Below are positions 54,766 to 62,862 of a stretch of DNA of 62,862 nt, one piece after another (within the stretch, counting starts at the first letter, position 1; every line of letters begins with the position of its first letter). A program made the translations under genes and the position numbers. Source of the stretch: Candidatus Microgenomates bacterium (lineage in GTDB: Bacteria > Patescibacteriota > Microgenomatia > UBA1406 > GWC2-37-13). The notes under the pieces were generated by a model. It ran no database searches. It was not told the DNA's origin and saw nothing but the letters and a program-made list of their open reading frames with translations. The DNA lies in contig JAHFKS010000001.1 of the NCBI GenBank assembly GCA_023245215.1, forward strand, positions 1-62,862. The letters run 5' to 3'.

Positions 54766-57453
54766 ATGCTAAATTTTTTGACTAAGTTTTTCGACTATAA
54801 TCAGAGGGAAATTAATCGTCTAAAGAAAAAAACCGAAGAAATTAACCGTCTTGAGGATAAGGCGAGAGACTTAAAAGACGCTGATTTTCTTAAAGAAACT
54901 AAGAGATTGAAGGAAATTGTCAGCGCCGACGAAACAAAGACCGATGAAATTATGCCTTGGGCTTTCGCCTTGGCCAGGGAAGCGGCTAGAAGAGTTCTCG
55001 GCCAGCGCCATTTTGACGTCCAATTAATGGCAGCGGTCGCGCTCCACGAAGGCAAGATTGCCGAGCAGAAAACCGGAGAGGGAAAAACACTTTCTGCGGT
55101 GCCGGCCCTTTACCTCAATGCGCTTTCCGGACACGGTTCTCATCTGGTGACAGTCAATGACTATTTGGCCAGGAGAGACGCCGGCTGGATGGGGAAAATC
55201 TTCCACTTTCTCGGTTTGAAGACTGCCTCCATGATCTCGGAAAAATCATTTCTTTACGATCCGAAGTACGTAGACAAAGAAGCCTTTGACAGGCGTTTGA
55301 GCAACCTCCGGCCGATAACCAGGAAGGAAGCTTATGAAGCAGACGTCACTTACGGGATAAACAGCGAGTTTGGATTCGACTATCTGCGAGACAATATGGC
55401 GCAAAATCCAAACGATCTTGTCCAGCGCGATTTTAACTTTGCCATTATAGACGAGGCCGATTCAGTCCTCATCGACGAAGCGAGGACGCCCCATATAATC
55501 TCAGCTCCATATGAGGAGGATACTTCAAAATATTACCGTTATGCCCAGATTGTCAACCAGCTGGATGGAAAAACCGATTTTGTCATCGACGAAAAACTGC
55601 GGACAGCCAACTTGAGCGAAGCCGGAATAAAAAAAATTGAAAGCCTTCTCGGAGTCAATAATATTTACGAAAAAGATTTTGACACTTTATTTCATGTTGA
55701 AGCTGCTTTAAAAGCCAGCGCTCTTTTCAGTCTGGACAAGGATTATATCGTCAAAGACGGCGAAGTAATCATCGTCGACGAATTCACCGGCAGGCTCCTT
55801 TATGGCCGGCGTTTCTCCGAGGGGCTGCACCAGGCCATTGAAGCCAAAGAAAAAGTTTCCATCCAGCGGGAATCAAAGACGCTGGCTACGGTATCTTTGC
55901 AGAACTATTTCAGGATGTACAAAAAGCTCGCCGGAATGACGGGTACGGCCGCCACAGAAGCCGAAGAATTCCACAAAATCTACAAGACCGACGTCGTCAT
56001 AATTCCGACCCACCTGAATATGGTGAGGAAAGACGAGCCGGACATGATTTATAAAACAGAAAGGGCCAAATATAATGCCGTTGTCGAAGACATCGCCAAT
56101 AACTATAAAGCCGGAAGACCGGTTCTTGTTGGTACGACATCGATCCAGAAAAATGAACTTCTGTCTTCACTTTTAAATAAAAAAGGCGTCCCTCATGAGC
56201 TGCTCAATGCGAAAAACCACGAAAGGGAGGCCGCCATCATTTCCAAAGCCGGTGAAAAAGGCGCAGTCACTGTCGCAACAAACATGGCGGGAAGAGGAGT
56301 CGATATCATCCTCGGAGGAGACAATACCGAAGAGACAAAGGATTGGCAGAAAAAACATGATGAAGTAGTCAAATTAGGAGGGTTATATGTTATCGGAACA
56401 GAAAGGCACGAATCGAGGCGGATCGACAACCAATTAAGAGGAAGGTCCGGAAGACAAGGCGACCCGGGCCAGTCGACTTTTTTTGTTTCCCTCGAAGACG
56501 ACCTGATGAGAATATTCGGCGGAGAGCAGATATCAAAGATTATGAATTTTCTCAACTTTCCGGAAGACCAGCCGTTATCGCACTCGATGGTGTCCAAAGC
56601 AATCGAACAGGCCCAGGTCAAAGTAGAAGGCTTTAACTTTGATATCAGAAAACACCTGGTTGACTATGATGACGTTTTGAACAAGCAGAGGGAAATCGTT
56701 TATTCGCTAAGGAGAAAAATTCTTTTCGGATCAGAGAGTAAAGACTTTTATCAAACCATGTATGAAGTTTTCAGCGAAGAGATAACCATTTTGGTCAATG
56801 CATATTCTTTGTCTGATGCTCCCTTATCGGAAGAAGATGTCAAAAAATTGGCCCAGGAATTAAATCTTATTACTTCGGTATCGGAAAAAGAAGTTTACGG
56901 GTTCATGAAAAACAAGGAGACCGAGAAACTGATAGAAACAGTAAATAAAAAAATAGAAGCAGAGTTTTTGAATAGGGAAAAAAAGCTCGGGAAAAAACTT
57001 TGGATAGAAGTTATCAAGGCTATTTTCCTGTCGACGATTGATAAATATTGGATGGACCACCTGACGGCCATAGAAGATTTAAGAGAGGGGATCAACCTGC
57101 GCGGTTATGCCCAGCTCGACCCGCTGGTTGAATACAAAAATTCCGCCTTCTTCATGTTTGAAAAACTTTTGGGCGACATAAATTTTGAAGTGTCAAGGAG
57201 GCTGTTAAAGGTAGAGGTAGAAGGTCCGGTTGTTGAACAAAAAAAAGAAGAGCCGATGATATTTAAATCTGCTTCCGCAGTAGATCCTTTTAATCAAACA
57301 AAGCAGAAAACAGGTAACCAATCATCGATAACCAATAACCAGACAACATCCAATACTCAAACGCCAAAAACAAGTCATCCTAAACTGGGCCGCAATGATC
57401 CATGCTGGTGCGGCAGCGGGAAAAAATATAAAAAATGCCATTATCCTAACTAA
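54766..57453 (+). CDS. secA: Preprotein translocase subunit SecA
   Basis: KTGEGKT, DEAD, ATNMAGRG, HESRRIDNQLRGRSGRQGDPG, SEC-C motif GRNDPCWCGSGKKYKKCH. Confidence 0.98.
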   Translation: MLNFLTKFFDYNQREINRLKKKTEEINRLEDKARDLKDADFLKETKRLKEIVSADETKTDEIMPWAFALAREAARRVLGQRHFDVQLMAAVALHEGKIAEQKTGEGKTLSAVPALYLNALSGHGSHLVTVNDYLARRDAGWMGKIFHFLGLKTASMISEKSFLYDPKYVDKEAFDRRLSNLRPITRKEAYEADVTYGINSEFGFDYLRDNMAQNPNDLVQRDFNFAIIDEADSVLIDEARTPHIISAPYEEDTSKYYRYAQIVNQLDGKTDFVIDEKLRTANLSEAGIKKIESLLGVNNIYEKDFDTLFHVEAALKASALFSLDKDYIVKDGEVIIVDEFTGRLLYGRRFSEGLHQAIEAKEKVSIQRESKTLATVSLQNYFRMYKKLAGMTGTAATEAEEFHKIYKTDVVIIPTHLNMVRKDEPDMIYKTERAKYNAVVEDIANNYKAGRPVLVGTTSIQKNELLSSLLNKKGVPHELLNAKNHEREAAIISKAGEKGAVTVATNMAGRGVDIILGGDNTEETKDWQKKHDEVVKLGGLYVIGTERHESRRIDNQLRGRSGRQGDPGQSTFFVSLEDDLMRIFGGEQISKIMNFLNFPEDQPLSHSMVSKAIEQAQVKVEGFNFDIRKHLVDYDDVLNKQREIVYSLRRKILFGSESKDFYQTMYEVFSEEITILVNAYSLSDAPLSEEDVKKLAQELNLITSVSEKEVYGFMKNKETEKLIETVNKKIEAEFLNREKKLGKKLWIEVIKAIFLSTIDKYWMDHLTAIEDLREGINLRGYAQLDPLVEYKNSAFFMFEKLLGDINFEVSRRLLKVEVEGPVVEQKKEEPMIFKSASAVDPFNQTKQKTGNQSSITNNQTTSNTQTPKTSHPKLGRNDPCWCGSGKKYKKCHYPN
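57315..57367 (+). repeat. In-frame heptamer array in the SecA C-terminal linker
   Basis: TAACCAA TCATCGA TAACCAA TAACCAG acaa CATCCAA TACTCAA. Confidence 0.55.
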
Positions 57454-57466
57454 TCAAATAGTTGAT

Positions 57467-58093
57467 ATGCAATCAACACAATCATTAAATATCGTTTTAT
57501 TACCGGACGCTTCTACACAAAAAGTTGCCATAGAATTAAGCAGAAAACTCGCCGGACAATATCCAACTGAATTTGAGTTAAACCAAACAAATATTCTTCC
57601 CCACGTCACTATTTATCAGGCGGATTTTCCAGAATCAAACTTAGAAAAGATTAAATCAGCCATTGATAAAATTTCATCGCACACTAAAAAATTTGATATT
57701 ACCCTTTCTACATTTTCATTTTTGTCGAATTTTATTTTTTGGAATGTCGTCATTTCGGATGAAATTAAAAGCCTTCATGAAAAAATTGTCGAAGAATTAA
57801 ATCCTTTGAGAAACGGCATCGTTAAGAAAGAATTATTAGAGGTTAAAGATTTTTACCCTGGGGACCAATCAGATATACGAAAATACGGTTCATTGTTAAT
57901 CGGCCCGAACTACCTCCCTCATCTGACAATTACCTGTTTTAAAAAAACTTCCAATGAAAAACAAATTTTAGACTTATTCAATGGTCAGGAAAAAATCAGC
58001 TTTACAATTGATAAATTACATTTGGGTATATTAGGTCAATTCGGAACGGTAAATAAAATTATTCATTCTTGGAAGCTACTTGACACATTTTGA
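57467..58093 (+). CDS. 2H phosphoesterase (2'-5' RNA ligase superfamily)
   Basis: Two HxT motifs, PHVTI and PHLTI; start moved to ATG 57467. Confidence 0.8.
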   Translation: MQSTQSLNIVLLPDASTQKVAIELSRKLAGQYPTEFELNQTNILPHVTIYQADFPESNLEKIKSAIDKISSHTKKFDITLSTFSFLSNFIFWNVVISDEIKSLHEKIVEELNPLRNGIVKKELLEVKDFYPGDQSDIRKYGSLLIGPNYLPHLTITCFKKTSNEKQILDLFNGQEKISFTIDKLHLGILGQFGTVNKIIHSWKLLDTF

Positions 58094-58135
58094 GATATTG
58101 GAATATAATATTAATATTAAGAGTTAAATACTATC

Positions 58136-58234
58136 ATGGCAGAAGAGGTTGTATCAGAAGGAATTGGCGAGTGGGCTTTTGACTCAATCTTTTTGCTTAT
58201 CTTCGCCCCTATTTTTGCTTTAATGGGCAAGTAG
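58136..58234 (+). CDS. Possible 32-aa single-TM microprotein
   Basis: MAEEVVSEGIGEWAFDSIFLLIFAPIFALMGK; fills an otherwise empty gap; TATAAT upstream. Confidence 0.4.
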   Translation: MAEEVVSEGIGEWAFDSIFLLIFAPIFALMGK

Positions 58235-58769
58235 CCCATAACCCGCGGTTGTTTTCCTGGGCTTCATTTTGAGCGTCAACGAGTTGATCGACGTATTTGA
58301 CGTCTGGCGGATAAGTTGATACATGAGCAAATCCCTGGCGGGTAAGGTAGTCGTTTATAAAAATTGTTTGGCCCGATCCCGACGCCGGTTCGAGATAGAC
58401 ATAACGGAGGAGTCTTCCATATTTATCAACTTCAGAGACATCCTTTTCCAGTCTTACGGTTTTTCCTTCGACCAGTTTTTTGTTTTCCTCGTAGGCTTCC
58501 TGCCCAAAGCATTGGACCGGCCGTCTCGGATCATGGAGTTCGGGAGTATTCATTCCGATATAGCGGATTTTTTTATTTCCCTCGACTTCTATCGTATCGC
58601 CGTCCACGACGCGGATGACTTTTAAAGACTGATTTTGTAAGGAAATAATTGCCGTTGGTGTAGGAGAAATGTATTGAAATAAAGAACTAAAATTGATAGA
58701 CTTGCTATTAAAGACAATCTGAAATAGTAAGAGTACGGCTGCTAAAATACTAACAATTTGATAGCGCAT
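58209..58769 (-). CDS. Thermonuclease (SNase-like)
   Basis: VIRVVDGDTI, IRYIGMNTPE, DKYGRLLRYVY, RGLW. Confidence 0.93.
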   Translation of the reverse strand: MRYQIVSILAAVLLLFQIVFNSKSINFSSLFQYISPTPTAIISLQNQSLKVIRVVDGDTIEVEGNKKIRYIGMNTPELHDPRRPVQCFGQEAYEENKKLVEGKTVRLEKDVSEVDKYGRLLRYVYLEPASGSGQTIFINDYLTRQGFAHVSTYPPDVKYVDQLVDAQNEAQENNRGLWATCPLKQK

Positions 58770-58793
58770 ATTTACTAAGAATTATATCTTTTT

Positions 58794-59006
58794 ATGGCAG
58801 AAAAAAAAGCTCAAGTTAAAGACAAGCCTTCTCCCGAAGAATTAAAAAAAGCAGTCAGATTTAAGTGGAGCGGCGTAGGATTGATGGTCTTTGGCGGATT
58901 AGATTTAGTATTAAGGGTTTTAAATCCTCTCTACGGCTTTGCTTCTTTAACATTGGGTTTGCTGCTTTTTGACAAAGGCAGAAGGATGCTTGTAGCAAAA
59001 AAGTAA
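58794..59006 (+). CDS. Small two-TM hypothetical protein
   Basis: 70 aa, two hydrophobic segments. Confidence 0.6.
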   Translation: MAEKKAQVKDKPSPEELKKAVRFKWSGVGLMVFGGLDLVLRVLNPLYGFASLTLGLLLFDKGRRMLVAKK

Positions 59007-59030
59007 ATAAATACGTATAATGAATTGTAA

Positions 59031-60926
59031 ATGGAAAGGTTTAAGTCATTCATTTTTTTATTGGTTCTATTTGCCTTTATTTTTGTCTTCAAGGCGTCTG
59101 CTCAAACCCCTCCAGTTCAAGACGCCCAGTCATGGAAGTGTTTAAAAGGCGACGAAAAAACATTTACTTTTAATGGAGCGGATAGCGCGACTGTCACTGA
59201 AGATTGGTATGCCGACGGCTACCAGTTTGACAACGATGCCTATATCGTCAGTTGTGTTGGCACGGAAGCAGGAGGAGTTTGTTCGACCGGCGACCCAAAC
59301 TATGATGAACTACTTTTTAAAAACGACAACACTAAGCTTTTCCCCTATTCTGTTAGCGTTAAAGGAGGAGCCAAGCAAAAAATAGTGCTTGGAAAATTGA
59401 GAGTAACAGCTACGGCAACAACAGGCGGACTTACAGGCGGTATGGCTTTTTACAGCGTCACTTTAAACGACCTTCAAGGAGCATTGGGGCAGGGAGCAGG
59501 TCAGAAATTGAGCACTTTTCCGTTTGGAGAAGGCTCTTTTACAAAATGCGTCACGATTTCTTGGAATACGATACTGCCGACAGCTACTCCTGTTCCTCAA
59601 GGCGGTGGAGGTGGAGGTGGAGGCGGTCAACATAATAAATGGCCCAACTGGCACAGAGGGTGGGATCCTTTCGGCATAGTTTTTGATTCACAGTCTTTAG
59701 AGCCTCTTCCCAACATAAAAGTAACAATTTATGATAAAGACAAAATAATGTATAGTTCATTAGGCTTAACTAACCCGCAAACGACAAAAGCCGATGGTCT
59801 TTTCAACTTCCTTGTTGAACCAGGAACCTATTATCTTAAAACATCTTTGCCGGCAGGTTATTCTTTTACTGCTACCCCTAATCTACAACCTAACTATATC
59901 AAAATATATCATAAAGAAGACGGCACCAACTCGATTTATAAACCTGATGAACCAATAGTAGAAGATATCGATACGCCTCAAGAAGTCGCCAACGGCAGAC
60001 CGGATATTGAACACAGAGACGTACCACTAGATCCCGGTTCTGGACAACCTTATATAGCCGAACCTTCAACAATTTTATACAAAGTATTAAATATAGGCGG
60101 TAAAACAACAATTGACGGAAGAGTGTCGCATCCTTTCACGCAAGTGACTTTCTCCCAGGGAAACTCAGTCCTTAGCGAAGAACAATCGGACAGATACGGT
60201 TACTATCTGACTGAAATCGAAAACAGTAAAATAATCCAAGGGACAGATATTTCAGTCACTTATGTAAAAGCTGACTTAAAGAACATAAACGTTACTGAAA
60301 TAACATGGCAAAAATTTTTAAAGTTCTTTGTTGATCTAGTTATGGCGCCTTTTTCATCTCCGGCATCTGCCCAGACAAGTTTGCGTATTACTCCATCGAC
60401 TTCCACTTTCACTATTCCGCCGATTCTTTCTTATATATCCGGTTATGCGTATGACAGCAGTGGAAAAATTGCTCCATTGGCGAAAGTGCTTTTAAAGCTG
60501 AAGATGAATAATGCCACAGTATATGAAACCAAAGCAGACAATAAAGGCTATTTCCAGATTTCTTCAAAATTCATTCCTGTTTTGCCTTATTCCATACAGA
60601 TTATTCCTGTTGGCGGTTCAGTTGTTTCTTATACGACAACACAGTTTGTCAAGCAAAACGAAAAATATTTAACAGACGCAAAAATCAATCTGGTTCAACC
60701 CAACTTGATAAATAAACCTGGCGCTACTGCTTCCGGTTCAACAAATGCGGGTTCAAATCCTTCATCTTCGTCAAATTCACAGTTCCCGACATCAACTCAA
60801 AAACAAACGGGTACGGCATCGAAAACGCCTTCCTTATTCCTTTTTATTTTTATTATTTTCTTTTGTTTGATAGGAGCAATTGTTTTGGGTTACTTTATAT
60901 TGAAGTCTAGGAATCCCCTCGCTTAA
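59031..60926 (+). CDS. Surface protein with carboxypeptidase-regulatory-like beta domains, poly-Gly linker and C-terminal TM
   Basis: Signal peptide ASA-Q; DPFGIVFDS..NPQTT.ADG.FNFLVEPGTY; TM followed by KSR. Confidence 0.8.
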   Translation: MERFKSFIFLLVLFAFIFVFKASAQTPPVQDAQSWKCLKGDEKTFTFNGADSATVTEDWYADGYQFDNDAYIVSCVGTEAGGVCSTGDPNYDELLFKNDNTKLFPYSVSVKGGAKQKIVLGKLRVTATATTGGLTGGMAFYSVTLNDLQGALGQGAGQKLSTFPFGEGSFTKCVTISWNTILPTATPVPQGGGGGGGGGQHNKWPNWHRGWDPFGIVFDSQSLEPLPNIKVTIYDKDKIMYSSLGLTNPQTTKADGLFNFLVEPGTYYLKTSLPAGYSFTATPNLQPNYIKIYHKEDGTNSIYKPDEPIVEDIDTPQEVANGRPDIEHRDVPLDPGSGQPYIAEPSTILYKVLNIGGKTTIDGRVSHPFTQVTFSQGNSVLSEEQSDRYGYYLTEIENSKIIQGTDISVTYVKADLKNINVTEITWQKFLKFFVDLVMAPFSSPASAQTSLRITPSTSTFTIPPILSYISGYAYDSSGKIAPLAKVLLKLKMNNATVYETKADNKGYFQISSKFIPVLPYSIQIIPVGGSVVSYTTTQFVKQNEKYLTDAKINLVQPNLINKPGATASGSTNAGSNPSSSSNSQFPTSTQKQTGTASKTPSLFLFIFIIFFCLIGAIVLGYFILKSRNPLA

Positions 60927-60930
60927 ATAA

Positions 60931-62709
60931 TTATTTTACTGTGACGCTTTTTGCCAAGTTTCTCGGTTTATCCGGATCTGCACCGCGACCAATACCTAAG
61001 TAGTAGCCTAAAAGCTGTCCGGCGATTATATTCCCGAAGATTGTCAAATCGGCAAGGTCTGGAGTCTCGACTACTTCGTCAAACTCGCTTGATTTAAACG
61101 GTGCGACGCCGATGATTCTTCCTCCGCGGGCTTTTAATTCAGCGGCTGATGAGAGGATTTCTCCTTTAACTTCGTCGTTTGAAGCCAGAACAAAGCAGGG
61201 CGTTCCTTTTTGGATTAAAGTGATGACACCGTGTTTTAATTCGCCTGCAGCAAACGGTTCTGCATGAAGGTAAGAAGACTCTTTAAGCTTCAGGGCAAAC
61301 TCCAGTGTTGCCGGATAGTTTAAATGCTTCCCAATTAAATATATATGTTCTTGGTCGACCAAGGTTTTTGCCAAGCCGATTAACCGGGTGGAAAGCTTGT
61401 CAATCCATAGTGTCAAAGTTTCTTTTAACTCTTTGATCTGTTTTTTACCCTCGTCATATTTGTTTTCGGCTGCTTTGCTCAATAAATATAAAGTTGCCAA
61501 TTGGCTGGTAAACGCCTTTGTGGAAACAACGGCAATTTCCGGGCCGGCCCCGACGGCTAGGATAATATCAGACAATCTTTCCAGTGTAGAGCCGCGCGCG
61601 TTGACAATACTGACAATTTTTGCGCCGTTTTTTTTAGCCTGGCGGACGGCTATAAGGGTGTCGGCGGTTTCGCCGGATTGGGAAATTGCTATGACTAGTG
61701 TTTTTTTGTCAATGAATTTTGAAAAAGGCAGAAATTCATAACTGCCGTAAGTCTGCGATTCAATGCCGGCCTTGGCAAAAAAATATTTGCCGGCGAGAGC
61801 ACAGTAAGAAGCAGTTCCGCAGCCGGTGAGTACTATCTTAAAACCTTGTTTTATAAGAGAAGCAATTTCTCCGATTTCTTTTTCATTGACGGAGGCGGTT
61901 TTGGCTATGGTCTCTTTTTGCTCCATGATTTCTTTTAGGAGAAAATGGCTGAATCCGCCTTTTTCTGCATCTTCCAGTTTCCAGTCCAAAGTTTGTAAAC
62001 TAAGTTTCTTTTCCGCTCCGGTTTTTAAGTCAAAAAGCTTAATTTCATTTGTTGTAATTACTACACTTTCGCCGTCGTCCAGAAAATGAACTTTATTGGT
62101 GTATTTAAGAAATGCAGGAACGTCACTGCCCAAAAAATATTGCTTGTTTTTTTCGTCGACTCCGACAACCAGCGGTGAACCGTTGCGGCAGGCGACAATC
62201 GTCTCTGTTTCATAGTCGATGACGCCGATGGCATTTGAGCCAACCAGTTCATTAAAAGTCTCAAAAACAGCCTTGGTTAACTTTTGATTTTTTATCTTTT
62301 CTTCTACTAAATGGGCGACAACTTCGGTGTCTGTCTCCGAAGAAAACTTGTGGCCTTTTTTTATCAAATCTTCTTTAAACTCCAGGTAATTCTCCACGAT
62401 GCCGTTATGGATAACCGCCAACTTTCCGGTGCAGTCAAGATGGGGGTGGGCGTTGGCGTCGGTGACGCCGCCGTGAGTCGCCCAGCGGGTATGCCCGATG
62501 GCGATTGTTCCGGCAGGCAAGCTGGTCTGTGCTTCGCCGATCTTGCCGATGTGTTTTTCAATCTGGAGCTTTGCTGTTTCAGGGGAAGTCGGTTTTATGG
62601 CAATGCCCCAAGAGTCATAGCCGCGGTACTCCAATTTTTTTAGTCCGGCCAAAACCGTTTGCGCGGCATTGCCGGTTTTATCATTTACGACTGCAAAGAT
62701 TCCACACAT
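60931..62709 (-). CDS. glmS: Glutamine--fructose-6-phosphate transaminase
   Basis: MCGI, LEYRGYDS, GHTRWATHG, HNGIVEN, SQSGETAD, PRNLAKSVTV. Confidence 0.97.
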   Translation of the reverse strand: MCGIFAVVNDKTGNAAQTVLAGLKKLEYRGYDSWGIAIKPTSPETAKLQIEKHIGKIGEAQTSLPAGTIAIGHTRWATHGGVTDANAHPHLDCTGKLAVIHNGIVENYLEFKEDLIKKGHKFSSETDTEVVAHLVEEKIKNQKLTKAVFETFNELVGSNAIGVIDYETETIVACRNGSPLVVGVDEKNKQYFLGSDVPAFLKYTNKVHFLDDGESVVITTNEIKLFDLKTGAEKKLSLQTLDWKLEDAEKGGFSHFLLKEIMEQKETIAKTASVNEKEIGEIASLIKQGFKIVLTGCGTASYCALAGKYFFAKAGIESQTYGSYEFLPFSKFIDKKTLVIAISQSGETADTLIAVRQAKKNGAKIVSIVNARGSTLERLSDIILAVGAGPEIAVVSTKAFTSQLATLYLLSKAAENKYDEGKKQIKELKETLTLWIDKLSTRLIGLAKTLVDQEHIYLIGKHLNYPATLEFALKLKESSYLHAEPFAAGELKHGVITLIQKGTPCFVLASNDEVKGEILSSAAELKARGGRIIGVAPFKSSEFDEVVETPDLADLTIFGNIIAGQLLGYYLGIGRGADPDKPRNLAKSVTVK

Positions 62710-62764
62710 AGGGAAAGGATAGCAAATTGATTGAAAAAATACAAAAATATCCTATAATATAGAA

Positions 62765-62862
62765 ATGCCAGAAACAAGACCGCTGCATCTAGAAAAAATG
62801 CCCGAAGCTTTCAGTGAATGTTGGGGAGGGACGTTAAAAGGTGTTCTATCCAACCAAAGATT
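62765..62862 (+). CDS. Partial hypothetical ORF running off the window
   Basis: ATG 6 nt after TATAAT; open to the window end. Confidence 0.45.
   Translation, partial: MPETRPLHLEKMPEAFSECWGGTLKGVLSNQR

Noticed and set aside
62710-62764. glmS ribozyme
   Set aside because: Only ~55 nt separate glmS from a divergent ORF, and a -10-like TGCTATCCT lies just before the glmS ATG
1-62862. CRISPR array or cas genes
   Set aside because: No 23-47 nt direct repeats with unique spacers and no Cas-like ORFs were seen; the repeats present are 7-mers or codon-level
1-62862. Stop-codon reassignment (code 25) as in Gracilibacteria
   Set aside because: TGA ends intact genes such as map, infA, rpoA and rpsT at their expected lengths

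Overview
A gene-dense chromosomal segment, standard genetic code, most consistent with a Patescibacteria/CPR genome, probably Microgenomates. That assignment is inferred from the alpha2-type GlyRS, class I LysRS, short AlaRS, DUF4012/VanW/LCP/sortase envelope genes and near absence of Shine-Dalgarno motifs. In order it holds: the end of the spc/alpha ribosomal cluster (secY-rpmG-adk-map-infA-rpmJ-rpsM-rpsK-rpsD-rpoA-rplQ-rplM-rpsI); a surface-glycan cluster; recO, glyQS and rpsT; a pilN/pilO plus surface-protein locus; LCP and uvrD/pcrA; a ~12 kb accessory region (24.3-36.3 kb); an envelope cluster (VanW, solute-binding protein, baseplate-J-like protein, sortase, PBP1A); then serS, rdgB, a Maf-like gene, lysS, greA, tRNA-Glu(CTC), dsbA, a frameshifted alaS, nnrD, secA and glmS. 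The most interesting signals are: (1) a four-helix-bundle gene enclosed by inverted heptamer arrays that could fold like an intervening sequence, with related heptamer arrays scattered through the window, some in-frame in core genes; (2) a PRTase next to two head-to-head PNP paralogues that appear to carry opposite base-specificity residues; (3) a circularly permuted DsbA; (4) pervasive leaderless-type promoter architecture; (5) an apparent deletion/frameshift in alaS. All family assignments come from reading motifs by eye; no searches were run.
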